64,000 nt of DNA, taken from NCBI GenBank assembly GCA_023269235.1, contig JAHFTW010000001.1, forward strand, positions 43,548-107,547. The letters run 5' to 3'. Positions within the stretch are counted from its first letter, which is position 1; each line of letters opens with the position of its first letter. Below are positions 13,696 through 22,620 of this stretch, in pieces. Made by a program: the position numbers and the translations under genes. This stretch comes from Thermoplasmata archaeon. GTDB lineage: Archaea > Thermoplasmatota > E2 > JACPAO01 > JAHFTW01. A model generated the notes under the pieces. That model was given only the letters and a program-made list of their open reading frames with translations. It had not been told where the DNA came from and did not search any database.

Positions 13696-13799
13696 TGTCC
13701 TCCATTTGGTGCCCAGGGCCTATTTGACGGCGCCCCGCCAACTCTAAATCCTTCAGGAAAGCGGTACTGGGTCCTGCTTTCACAACCCTTAAACGACTT

Positions 13800-14960
13800 A
13801 TGAATGGGTCGCGCGCAATGCGCGTCGTTGTCGCCCTCCTTCTGACCACCTTGGTCCTGGCCGGGTGCGCCTCGACCCCGCCCACGGCGGACCCGAGCTC
13901 TTCGGCCCCTGGCAAGCAGCTTGACCAGGGCGTCAATAAGCTCGACGTGCCGACCCTGCCCGCCACGCCCCCGGCCGCCGGGGAGCGCACTCTCGCGAAG
14001 GTTCCGCAGTGGAAGCTTGGCGAATACTGGACCTACCACATCGTGGATGGGTTCACGGGCCACGAGTACGACGTCACGCGCGTCGTGGCGGGCACGGACG
14101 GCGCCAACTACCTCGTCGGCTTCCCGCTCGAGGCCTTCAGCAACGACATCCTCATCTTCCACATCCCGGGCTACGGCGACGTCAGCCAGACCGACCTCTC
14201 GTTCGAGGTCCACGACAAGACCTTCGCGCCGCTCAAGTTCCCGTTGGAGGGCACCAACCAGTGGCCGACCCAGTTCGAGGGCCGGGACGGCACCGTGACC
14301 GTCGAGAAGGCGGAGGGCGGCAAGGCCGACTTCAGCGCCTCCGGCAGCGGCTGGACGATGACCTACACCTACGACGCCGAGGCGGGCGAGGTCACCAAGC
14401 TGAACTACCCCGGATACGCCAGCTACGAAGTGACCAAGCACGGCTACAACTACGCCGGCCTTGTGCGCGTCCCGCACGCCCACGACCTCATCTTCTTCAA
14501 CGGCCGCGTCGCGGGCGCGTTGGACGTCAACCTCCAGCCCTCCACCAGCCCGACGTCGGAGACCGTGCAGATCGCCCCTGGCTACGACCACCTCGCCTTC
14601 ACCATCATCGTCGGCAACCTGTTCAACGTCCTCCCCGGCACCACGATGGCGAACCCGTCGTCGGAAGGCTACTACTCGGAGAAGGTCACCTCCCCGAACG
14701 GCACCGTGTTCCAAGTGGTCTCCACGCCGGCGGACCCTGCCCTGAAGCTGCAGTTCTTCGGCACCGGCGAGCCCACGGGAACGTGGACGCTCGAGCACAT
14801 CGCCGCCGGGCCGGGCCAGGCGTTCGTCGAGGGCATCGGCTACCACTCCATCGACGTGAGCCTCCCAAGCGGCTGCGTCGTCCAGAGCGTCAACGCCGGC
14901 CACCACGGCGCCCCCTGCAAGGTCACGGCCGCCCAAGCGGGCGACGCCAAACCCTTGTAG
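13800..14960 (+). CDS. Secreted lipoprotein, unknown function
   Basis: Signal peptide with lipobox LVLAGC. No recognised domain. Confidence 0.6.
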   Translation: MNGSRAMRVVVALLLTTLVLAGCASTPPTADPSSSAPGKQLDQGVNKLDVPTLPATPPAAGERTLAKVPQWKLGEYWTYHIVDGFTGHEYDVTRVVAGTDGANYLVGFPLEAFSNDILIFHIPGYGDVSQTDLSFEVHDKTFAPLKFPLEGTNQWPTQFEGRDGTVTVEKAEGGKADFSASGSGWTMTYTYDAEAGEVTKLNYPGYASYEVTKHGYNYAGLVRVPHAHDLIFFNGRVAGALDVNLQPSTSPTSETVQIAPGYDHLAFTIIVGNLFNVLPGTTMANPSSEGYYSEKVTSPNGTVFQVVSTPADPALKLQFFGTGEPTGTWTLEHIAAGPGQAFVEGIGYHSIDVSLPSGCVVQSVNAGHHGAPCKVTAAQAGDAKPL

Positions 14961-14980
14961 CGCCGACTCGTCCCCAGGTC

Positions 14981-15394
14981 ATGACGGGTCCCCTGAACCT
15001 GCGCCGCCATCCGAAGGCGGAGCCGGTCGTTGACCCCAGCGCGGACCCACGCCTCGACGAAGGGCTCGCTCTCTTCAACGAGGGCCACCACTGGCACGCG
15101 CACGAGTCCTGGGAGCCGCTCTGGATGGGCCTCGAAGGGGACGACAAGCTGTTCCTCCAGGGCTACATCATGGCCGCGGCGATGCTCGTGCAGTACGGCA
15201 AGGGCGTGCGGCGCGGCGTGGAGAACCACTGGGCGAACGTCCAGTTCCGCTTGCGCGGCAAGGCGGCGCGCTGGGGCCTGGACCCGGTGCCGTTCCTCGC
15301 CCAGCTCGAGCCGTACGGGGAGGACGCCCGCTCCGGAGCGGCGCTCGCGCGCGAGGTCGGCTTGGTCCAGGCGCGACGGGTCCAGGCACCGTGA
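14981..15394 (+). CDS. DUF309-family protein
   Basis: Contains HESWEPLW, the DUF309 HExxExxW signature. ATG at 14981. Confidence 0.55.
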   Translation: MTGPLNLRRHPKAEPVVDPSADPRLDEGLALFNEGHHWHAHESWEPLWMGLEGDDKLFLQGYIMAAAMLVQYGKGVRRGVENHWANVQFRLRGKAARWGLDPVPFLAQLEPYGEDARSGAALAREVGLVQARRVQAP

Positions 15395-15438
15395 ACCGGT
15401 TCAATTGTTAACCTCCGACATCATTAAGAAATGCAACT
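15395..15438 (+). promoter_or_regulatory. AT-rich promoter/operator candidate upstream of the MarR-MFS operon
   Basis: Low-GC island in a 68% GC genome (cattaagaaatg). Adjacent palindromes accggt, caattg and gttaac (ggttcaattgttaacc). Typical position for a MarR autoregulatory operator. Confidence 0.3.
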
Positions 15439-15888
15439 GTGTCGCCGGTTTCGGACATGGCCGACGCACGCCCTGCCGCCGCCGCCTTCCTCGACGCCAT
15501 CCCCCGGATGATGTGCGACCTGCGCAACGAGCTCGCCGACTCCGGCTCCGGCCTCACCATCGCGCAGTTCCGCTGCCTCAAGATGGTGCAGCGCAGCGCT
15601 GACGTGTCGCTCGGCGACCTCGCCGACGCCCACGGCGTCTCGCCGCCCGCCATGAGCAAGCTCGTGGACGGCCTTTTCGAGGCGGGGCTCCTCGAGCGTC
15701 GCCCCGACGGCAACGACCGTCGTCGCCTCCAGCTCTCCGTGACCGCCGCCGGCAAGCGCAAGCTCGAAGCCGTCGGGGATCGCCTCAAGACCGCCCTCGC
15801 GGCCCGCCTCTCCCCCCTCGCCCCCGCCGAATTGGCCGCCCTCGAGCGCGCCCTCACGACCCTGAACGCACCCCTGGTGACCGCATGA
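15439..15888 (+). CDS. MarR-family transcriptional regulator
   Basis: wHTH core LTIAQFRCLKMVQ...LSVTAAGKRKLE. Possible GTG start at 15439 (alternative ATG at 15457). Stop overlaps the MFS start. Confidence 0.8.
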   Translation: MSPVSDMADARPAAAAFLDAIPRMMCDLRNELADSGSGLTIAQFRCLKMVQRSADVSLGDLADAHGVSPPAMSKLVDGLFEAGLLERRPDGNDRRRLQLSVTAAGKRKLEAVGDRLKTALAARLSPLAPAELAALERALTTLNAPLVTA

Positions 15889-17864
15889 GCGAGTTCCCCC
15901 CCGCCCCCGACCCCACGACCGCCAACGCCGCCCCCAAGGCGCAGCTGTCGCACAAGCAGATCCTCGTCGTCTTCTCGGGCCTCATGCTCGGGATGTTCCT
16001 CTCCGCGCTCGACAACACCATCGTCACGACGGCGCTCCCCAGCATCGTCGGCGACCTGGGCGGCCAGAGCCAGACGACCTGGGTCGTCACCTCCTACCTG
16101 CTCACCAGCACCATCACGATCCTGCTGTGGGGCAAGCTCTCGGACATCTACGGCCGCAAGGTCATGTTCCAGATCTCCATCGGCCTGTTCCTCGCCGCAA
16201 GCGCGCTCGTCGGCCTCGCCAACAGCATGATGTTCCTCGTCCTTGCCCGCGGCCTGCAGGGCATCGGCGCCGGCGGCATCATGAGCCTCGCCTTCGCCAT
16301 CATCGGCGACATCCTGTCGCCCCGCGAGCGCGGCAAGTACATGGGCCTCATGGGCTCCGTCTTCCTCGTCGCGATGGTCGTCGGCCCACTGCTGGGCGGC
16401 CTCATCGTCGAGAACCTGCACATCGGCGACGTCGCGCCGTGGCGCTGGATTTTCTACATCAACCTCCCCATCGGCATCCCGGCCCTCTTCATCACCGGCA
16501 TCGTCTTGCGGCTGCCCTTCAACAAGCAGCCGCAGAAGGTGGACTACCTCGGCTTTGCCCTCATGGCCCTCGGCGCGAGCGCCCTCATCCTCGGCCTCAT
16601 CTGGGCCGGCCAGCCCGCCTCATGGGACCACGCCTACAACCTGCGCTGGCTTCCCGGCGTCGGCGACGCGGCCCCCCTCGGCGCCCCCGCGCCCACGGAG
16701 GGCCTGGCGGTCTTCCTCGGCGACTGGCTCGTCGCCATCCTGCTCGCGAGCGGCGTGGCCCTGCTCGGGCTCTTCGTCGTCTCGCAGACCAAGGTCAAGC
16801 AGCCGCTTCTGCCGCTGCGCCTGTTCAAGGCCCGCAACTACTGGCTCGGCTCCGTCGTCAGCTTCGTCGTCGGCGCGGCCATGTTCGGGGCCTTCGTCTT
16901 CCTGCCCACTTACTTGCAGATCAGCACCGGGGTGTCGGCGACGAACTCCGGTCTCCTGATGCTGCCCCTCATGTTCGGCATGTTCCCCTTCATGACGGTC
17001 TCCGGCAACCTGGTCAGCAAGACCGGGAAGTACAAGGTGTGGCCGCTCGTGGGCCTTCCGACCGGCGCCGTCGGCCTGTTCCTGCTCTCCTTCCTCACCG
17101 CGGACACCCCGCTCTGGTTCGTCGGCCTGGGCATGTTCGCGCTCGGCGCCGGCATCGGCATGACCATGCAGGTCATCGTCGTCGCGGTCCAGAACGTCCT
17201 GGACATGGGCGACCTTGGCATCGGCACGAGCGCCAACACCTTCATGCGCCAGATGGGCGGCGTCTTCGGCGTCGGCCTCTTCGGCGCCTACTACGCCAGC
17301 CGCATCATCGGCCTCATCCCCGGCGCCCTTGGCATCGCCTCGAAGTATCCCGGCGTGGACAAGACGCCCATCCTCGCGGGCTTCCAGGTCAACCCCGGCA
17401 TCGTGCACGACTACCCCGAGGAGCTGCGCACCTTCATCACGGGAGGCTTCGCCGACACGGTCGCGCACATCTTCCTGTTCGCGGCGCCCGTAATGCTGCT
17501 CGGCTTCCTCGTCGTCCTGTTCCTGAAGGAGATCCCGCTCCGCACCGCCCGCAACGTCGGAGGGACCGGCGCCGTTGCCCGGCCGGGCAACGACCCCATC
17601 GTCGCCTCGGAGACGGCCGTGCAGAGGCAGATCGCGAAGCCTGGCGCCGCCTTCGTCCCGGCCCCCGCCGCGACCAACGGGGCGGCGGCCGGCACGGGTG
17701 CCCGACCCGGGTCTAGCGCAGGGCCGCGCGGCTCCACCGTGCGCGTCCGTGCGCGCTCGGTCGTGGCCGCCGAGGCGGTCGCGCGCCTTCCCCAGAGCCC
17801 CGGCCCGAAGGCCACGCACCGCCAGATCCAAGCCTTCGTGGACCGTCTGCCTTCCGAGCGTTGA
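15885..17864 (+). CDS. MFS transporter, DHA2/EmrB-QacA family (14 TMS), drug efflux
   Basis: 14 predicted TM helices. Conserved MFS motifs GKLSDIYGRK and LARGLQGIGAGG. Confidence 0.9.
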   Translation: MSEFPPAPDPTTANAAPKAQLSHKQILVVFSGLMLGMFLSALDNTIVTTALPSIVGDLGGQSQTTWVVTSYLLTSTITILLWGKLSDIYGRKVMFQISIGLFLAASALVGLANSMMFLVLARGLQGIGAGGIMSLAFAIIGDILSPRERGKYMGLMGSVFLVAMVVGPLLGGLIVENLHIGDVAPWRWIFYINLPIGIPALFITGIVLRLPFNKQPQKVDYLGFALMALGASALILGLIWAGQPASWDHAYNLRWLPGVGDAAPLGAPAPTEGLAVFLGDWLVAILLASGVALLGLFVVSQTKVKQPLLPLRLFKARNYWLGSVVSFVVGAAMFGAFVFLPTYLQISTGVSATNSGLLMLPLMFGMFPFMTVSGNLVSKTGKYKVWPLVGLPTGAVGLFLLSFLTADTPLWFVGLGMFALGAGIGMTMQVIVVAVQNVLDMGDLGIGTSANTFMRQMGGVFGVGLFGAYYASRIIGLIPGALGIASKYPGVDKTPILAGFQVNPGIVHDYPEELRTFITGGFADTVAHIFLFAAPVMLLGFLVVLFLKEIPLRTARNVGGTGAVARPGNDPIVASETAVQRQIAKPGAAFVPAPAATNGAAAGTGARPGSSAGPRGSTVRVRARSVVAAEAVARLPQSPGPKATHRQIQAFVDRLPSER

Positions 17865-17865
17865 C

Positions 17866-18324
17866 CTAGGCGCTGGGGCCGGTCGCGACCGGATACCCTT
17901 CGTGGCGCCAGCCTGCCATGCCGCCGGTCATCTCCTTGACCTGGAATCCCAGGCGGGCCAGCCGCAGGGCGCCCTTGGTGCTGGCGTTGCAGTGCCAGCT
18001 CGTGCAGTAGGTCACGAGGGCCTTGCCGCGCAGGTGCTCCGTCGTCTCCGGCGCGATGGTGCGGTAGGGCAAGTTCAGTGCGCCGGGGACATGGCCGGCG
18101 GCGAACGAGGTGGCCGAGCGGCAGTCCACAACGACGAACGGGGCGTCGCCTTTGTCGAGGTCCGCCTTGACGTCGCTCGGGTCGGTCTCGAACGCGAGGC
18201 GGGCCGCGAAGTGCGCCTCCGCGACGGCGGGGGCGGCGGGCGGGGTCTCGAGCACGAGGCTGAAGCGGGGCGCGGAGGCCATGGCGCGACAACGGGGGAC
18301 AGGCTCTTGGCCCTCACCCTGCAC
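17866..18324 (-). CDS. Rhodanese-domain sulfurtransferase
   Basis: Active-site loop region LVTYCTSWHCNAS resembles the CX4-5 rhodanese motif. A later start at 18282 (MASAPRF) is possible. Confidence 0.6.
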   Translation of the reverse strand: MQGEGQEPVPRCRAMASAPRFSLVLETPPAAPAVAEAHFAARLAFETDPSDVKADLDKGDAPFVVVDCRSATSFAAGHVPGALNLPYRTIAPETTEHLRGKALVTYCTSWHCNASTKGALRLARLGFQVKEMTGGMAGWRHEGYPVATGPSA

Positions 18325-18335
18325 GGGTGCGAGGC

Positions 18336-18827
18336 TCAGTAGCGCTCGCGGACGCGGCGTGCGGGGACACCGGCCCAGAATTCGCCCGGGGGAACGTCGC
18401 GGTTGACGAGGCTCATCGCGCCGACGACGGCGCCCGCGCCGACGGTGACGCCTGGGAGAATGGTGCAGTTCGCGCCGACGGTCGCGCCCTTGCCGACCCG
18501 GACGTCGCCGAGCTGGTAGGCGTCATGCGTGTAGCCGTGCGCGAGAAGCGTCGTGCGGTAGCCGACGATGGCGTCCTCCTCGATGGTGATGCGTCCTGGG
18601 AAGAGGATGTCCACCTGGACCTTGTAGCCCAAGCTGACGTGCTTGCCCACCTTGGCGCCGCTGCGGCGCACCATCCAGTTCTTGAGGGCGTACCACGGGG
18701 CGACGTCCGCGGTGGAGAGCCAGACGATGTTCCACGCGACGCGCCATCGGCTGGTGTCGCGGAAGCCATACTGGAGCGCGTTGCGGGGGCCGCGGCTGGG
18801 GCGGGTCTCGACGCGCGGGTGGGGCAC
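18336..18827 (-). CDS. Hexapeptide-repeat (LbH) acetyltransferase, WcaF-like
   Basis: Similar to WcaF throughout (RWRVAWNIVW...LFGAKVGKHV... and the hexapeptide region). GTG start. Confidence 0.8.
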   Translation of the reverse strand: MPHPRVETRPSRGPRNALQYGFRDTSRWRVAWNIVWLSTADVAPWYALKNWMVRRSGAKVGKHVSLGYKVQVDILFPGRITIEEDAIVGYRTTLLAHGYTHDAYQLGDVRVGKGATVGANCTILPGVTVGAGAVVGAMSLVNRDVPPGEFWAGVPARRVRERY

Positions 18828-18868
18828 GGCGACCGATGTAGGTCTGGGGTTTTAGCCCGAAGGGTGAA

Positions 18869-19399
18869 GTGCCCGCGCGGGCTTTTGCGCCCGTGGCCTT
18901 GGACCTTCAGGCGCTTGCCAACCTGGCGACCGCGCTGGCCTTGCTGGTGGCCGTCGTCTTCGGGGCGCTCCAGTTCCGGCACGCGCAACGGCGGCGCAAG
19001 GACGCCTTGATGCAGGAGGCCATCCATCTCGCGCAAAGCGAGTCCGTCATCAACGCCATCGAGCTGGCGTTGGCGATTCCGGACCCCGTCCTGCAGACCT
19101 TCGATGCCCAACCCAAAGAGAGTCAGCAGGCCGCCTGGAGTTCCCTCTACATCATGGAGGCGATGGGCTTCATGGTCTGGGAACGGATGCTCGGGCTGCA
19201 CGACCTCGACCTCTTCATGGGTGGCGCAACGCGTGGCTTGTGGAAGAAATTCAAGCCCCTCGTCGAGGCGACGCGGGTCGCGCAGGCCAATCCAGGCAAG
19301 CTCGAATGGTTGCAATGGCTTGCCGAACGGATGGTCGAAGACCCTGCCCCCGGCAAGAATCTTGGCGCGCACGTCGCGTTCCGCGACTGGAAGCGTTAG
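18869..19399 (+). CDS. Hypothetical protein with N-terminal TM segment
   Basis: ORF with GC-typical codon usage and one N-terminal hydrophobic helix. No known domain. Confidence 0.4.
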   Translation: MPARAFAPVALDLQALANLATALALLVAVVFGALQFRHAQRRRKDALMQEAIHLAQSESVINAIELALAIPDPVLQTFDAQPKESQQAAWSSLYIMEAMGFMVWERMLGLHDLDLFMGGATRGLWKKFKPLVEATRVAQANPGKLEWLQWLAERMVEDPAPGKNLGAHVAFRDWKR

Positions 19400-20256
19400 G
19401 CGGTTTTTGGGGAAGCCAGCTCCTTCGCGAACCGCTCCGCCGCCGCTTTGGCGTGCGCCTTCCAGTCGGCGCCCTTGCCGGCCTGCAGGATGGCGCGGCC
19501 CACGTTCACTAGCGCGAAGTGCCCGTTCTTGTCGGCGCCTTTGGCGAGGCTGGTGCGCGCGTCGCCGCCTTGCGCCCCGACGCCTGGGATGAGGAGCGGG
19601 ACGCCGTCGCCGCAGACGGAGCGCAGCTTGGCCAGCTCGTCCGGGTAGGTCGCTCCCGCGACGAGGCCGAGGTTGCCGAACTCCCTGTTCCATTCCATCG
19701 CCTTCGTCGCGACATGGTGGTAGAGCGGGCGTGTCTCCTTCAGCCCCATCGCACCTGGAAGGAAGTAGGACCCAGGCGGCGCGATGGGGAGGTCCTGGAA
19801 GTCGCCCGCCGTTGCGTTGCTTGTGCGGGCAAGCAGGAAGACGCCCTTGTCCGCGTAGCGCGCGAACGGCTCCACGGAGTCGCGGCCCATGTACGGGGCG
19901 ACCGTGATGGCGTCCACGCCGAGCTCGTCGAAGGCGGCCTCCGCGTACTTGGTCGCGGTGTTCCCAATGTCGCCGCGCTTGGCGTCGTAGATGACGGGCA
20001 GGTCGGGCGGCAGGGCCGCGATGAGCTCCTCCAGCGCCTCGTTGCCGGTTCGGCCCAAGGCCTCGAAGAAGGCGGCGTTCGGCTTCACCGCCGCGGCGAC
20101 GTGCGCCGTGGCCTCGACAATGCCGAGGCAGAACTCCAGCACATGCTCGGCCTCCATGCCGTCCGGGAACTGCTCCGGATCGGGGTCGAGGCCGACGCAG
20201 AGCCACGAGCCGGCGCGCTGGGCGGAGGCGGCGAGGCGGGCGTTGAAGGAGTCCAC
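19396..20256 (-). CDS. pyrF: Orotidine 5'-phosphate decarboxylase (type 2)
   Basis: CVGLDPD...AVKPNAAFFE...IYDAKRGDIGNT motifs. Confidence 0.9.
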   Translation of the reverse strand: MDSFNARLAASAQRAGSWLCVGLDPDPEQFPDGMEAEHVLEFCLGIVEATAHVAAAVKPNAAFFEALGRTGNEALEELIAALPPDLPVIYDAKRGDIGNTATKYAEAAFDELGVDAITVAPYMGRDSVEPFARYADKGVFLLARTSNATAGDFQDLPIAPPGSYFLPGAMGLKETRPLYHHVATKAMEWNREFGNLGLVAGATYPDELAKLRSVCGDGVPLLIPGVGAQGGDARTSLAKGADKNGHFALVNVGRAILQAGKGADWKAHAKAAAERFAKELASPKTA

Positions 20257-20280
20257 GCGGTCCCGAGGGCCAGGCGGGCG

Positions 20281-20565
20281 TTAGGCTTTGCCGGGCACGA
20301 ACGGGAGCGCCTCGCGCCGGCGCAGCGCCCCCCGCGCGGCGGCCAAGACAAGCAGGGTATTCGCGTGAGCTGGTGGGGCGCGCCCTTGGGCCGCAAGCTC
20401 GGTCTCCCGGAGCGCCTCCTCTGCGCTGCGGCCGCCCATCATGCGGCGGCGCAGCTGGCGCACGGTCCAGGCGACGGCGGCCGGGTCGGCGTCCGGGACA
20501 GCGTCGGGAACGCGCTCGAGGCGCAAGACGAGGTCGGTGAGGCGGTGGGCGACGGGGTCAGGCAT
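20281..20565 (-). CDS. Hypothetical small protein
   Basis: ORF only. Start assumed at MPDPVAHRL. Confidence 0.3.
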   Translation of the reverse strand: MPDPVAHRLTDLVLRLERVPDAVPDADPAAVAWTVRQLRRRMMGGRSAEEALRETELAAQGRAPPAHANTLLVLAAARGALRRREALPFVPGKA

Positions 20566-20665
20566 GGCGCCGCGATGGCCCGCCTCCGGTCGAAAGCCGT
20601 CCCTCTGGAACCTCAATAGGGGCACGACCGCGCCCGGCGGTCGATCGTCCTGAAGCTGAAGCTGG

Positions 20666-21058
20666 TTAGGCCTTGCCGTCGACGAGGACCTTGAAGCCGG
20701 CGTAGCCGAACCGCTTGCCGTCAATCGGCATGGTGGACGGGTCGAGGGTGCTCATCCGGGGGTCGGCCATGACTTTCTTATTGATGCGGTCCCGGTCGGC
20801 CTTGGACTTGAATACGATGAAGGAGAACAGCACCGTCTCGCCGCGTTTGGCGAGGGCCATCTTCGGGAACTGCGAGGGCGCCGTTTTCATGCCGCCCTGG
20901 CCATCCGGGAATACGGAGAACAGCTCGTCGGCGACGCACTCCTTGTAGTCAAGCGCGCCGTGCTCCATCCAGACCTTGCGGCCCAGGATGGCGAACTTGC
21001 GGTACGCGGCGAGCTTGGCCTTGGGCACGGGAAGGAGGAAGCCATCAACGTAGGCCAT
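20666..21058 (-). CDS. DUF1428-family protein (YbaA-like)
   Basis: MAYVDGFLLPVPK...FGYAGFKVLV pattern typical of DUF1428. Confidence 0.6.
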   Translation of the reverse strand: MAYVDGFLLPVPKAKLAAYRKFAILGRKVWMEHGALDYKECVADELFSVFPDGQGGMKTAPSQFPKMALAKRGETVLFSFIVFKSKADRDRINKKVMADPRMSTLDPSTMPIDGKRFGYAGFKVLVDGKA

Positions 21059-21167
21059 GCCCGTGACATCCAGACGCGCACGATATCACTGCCGGTCGGC
21101 GGGTTGCTTTCACTGGACTCCCCACGCGGTCGACCGTGAATGCGTGGGGGTCGGCTCCACAGGCAGG

Positions 21168-21806
21168 ATGATGTACGGGGCCAGCCTGGAAAACGCCATG
21201 GAGCGCGCCCTGGCCTTCCACCCGTTGCGGGAACACCAGGCCGAGCCCGAGCGCCTGGCCGCGCTCATCCAGGAGGCCAAGGCCGTCCTTCTCGACCGCG
21301 GCATGGCCTCCATGGAAGAGTACGGGGACATGCTCAAGTGGGGGCTTGTGCGGCGTGACGGCAAGATGCGCAGCATGCACGTCTACCACCCCGACTGGTG
21401 CTCCTTTAGCGACACGTTTCGCGGCACCATCCACTACCACGGCGGCGCCATCCGCGGCACGCTCCTTCTTGGCGGCTTCGAGCACTCCATCTACGAGGCC
21501 AAGCCCGACCCCGACGGCGACCGCTTCCATCTCGGGCAGCCGTACAAGCTGACCAAGCACACGCGCCTGCAGGGCGCCGGCACCACGTACGACCTCCCGG
21601 CCATGGTGCCGCACTGGCTCAAGCCGACCTCCCTCACGCTCACCTCCTTCGAGGAGGAGGACAACGGCGAGATGGGCGACCTGGTCAACCCCGCCTCCGA
21701 TGCCATTGACGACCACAAGTGGACGCAGGAGATGGCCGATGCTCTCCTCCCGGTCTTGCTGCGGCTCCTCGACGAGAAGTTGGCCGCGCTGATGGTCCTC
21801 GCCTAG
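21168..21806 (+). CDS. Hypothetical protein
   Basis: ORF with GC3-rich codon usage. First ATG at 21168 (verified in sequence). Confidence 0.4.
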   Translation: MMYGASLENAMERALAFHPLREHQAEPERLAALIQEAKAVLLDRGMASMEEYGDMLKWGLVRRDGKMRSMHVYHPDWCSFSDTFRGTIHYHGGAIRGTLLLGGFEHSIYEAKPDPDGDRFHLGQPYKLTKHTRLQGAGTTYDLPAMVPHWLKPTSLTLTSFEEEDNGEMGDLVNPASDAIDDHKWTQEMADALLPVLLRLLDEKLAALMVLA

Positions 21807-21840
21807 CCGACGTGGGACACGACAGAGCGTCCGCTAGCAC

Positions 21841-22157
21841 CCATCTTGGTTCGGCTAGCGAGGCGCGCGGCGAAGAAACGGCGAAGCGTCCTACGACTGC
21901 TCCCTCTTCCTGCTCATCCGCGCTTGCAAGCAAGCGCGGATTCGACCTCGCACCAGGGCCTGCGCTTCGCTAGGCCGCTGTGCATCGGCACCAAGACGGA
22001 AGTCCGGGCTTCGCCCTAGGACTGTTCCATCTTGGTGATCATCCGCCGCGCGGGCGCGGCGAATTCTTCCTCGCTCGGCCGCTTCGCTAGGCTTCGCTTC
22101 GGCACCAAGACGGAACCCAGGCCTTCGGCCTAGGATTGTTCCATCTTGGTGATCATC
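21841..22157. repeat. Tandem direct repeat (~114-117 bp unit, two good copies plus one degenerate) containing pseudo-copies of the aIF-5A 3' end
   Basis: ccatcttggt(gatcatc) at 21841, 22027 and 22141. tcggcaccaagacgga at 21985 and 22099. gcttcgctagg at 21964 and 22081. The copy at 22027-22043 re-encodes ...MITKMEQS* on the minus strand. Confidence 0.7.
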
Positions 22158-22522
22158 TTGCGCTCCATCGCGATGATGTAGCTGACGTCGCCGCCGGCGA
22201 TGAGGCCCTCGGCGAACTCCTCGGGGACGACGATGTCGAAGGTCTCGAACGAGTCCTTGTCCATGATCTGGGCGACGCCGCCGTGGAAGGAGAGGAGCTG
22301 GGCGGCGCGGCGGTCAACCGTCGGGATCCAGACCTTGTCCGTCACGCTGCCGAGGTAGGTGCGCTTGGCGTTGGTGAAGATGCTGCGGGCCTCGATGCGC
22401 AGCTTGGAGGCGCCGTGCTTGCCGGGCTTCGACTTCTCGATGGAGTCGATCTTGCAGGGCTCATCGTCGATGAGCATGAACCGGCCTTCCTTGAGCTCAC
22501 GGGCCTCAAGCTGTTCCTTCAC
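22130..22522 (-). CDS. eif5a: Translation initiation factor 5A (aIF-5A), hypusine-containing
   Basis: Hypusination loop SKPGKHGASK. GTG start. Confidence 0.9.
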   Translation of the reverse strand: MKEQLEARELKEGRFMLIDDEPCKIDSIEKSKPGKHGASKLRIEARSIFTNAKRTYLGSVTDKVWIPTVDRRAAQLLSFHGGVAQIMDKDSFETFDIVVPEEFAEGLIAGGDVSYIIAMERKMITKMEQS

Positions 22523-22544
22523 ACTACGCCTCGAAGGCGGGGAC

Positions 22545-22562
22545 GGAAGGGCCTACATAAAG
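22545..22562. promoter_or_regulatory. TATA-box-like element in the divergent intergenic region (aIF-5A / amino-acid permease)
   Basis: cctacataaaggg is the only AT-rich octamer in the 98-bp divergent region. ~35 nt upstream of the aIF-5A GTG on the minus strand. Confidence 0.3.
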
Positions 22563-22620
22563 GGTTCCGGGCCGGAAAGTGCGCGCGTGGCAAGCCAAGT
22601 TTCTTCACCCGAGCACGGCC

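Noticed and set aside
22027-22070. Mini-ORF ...ARRMITKMEQS* inside repeat copy 1 downstream of aIF-5A
   Set aside because: It is a duplicated fragment of the aIF-5A 3' end with no start codon or RBS context of its own. Treated as part of the repeat, not as a gene.
21807-22129. Possible CRISPR array, because of the regularly spaced repeats
   Set aside because: Only two or three copies of a ~115-bp unit are present, with no short (28-37 bp) repeats and no unique spacers. It does not look like a CRISPR array.
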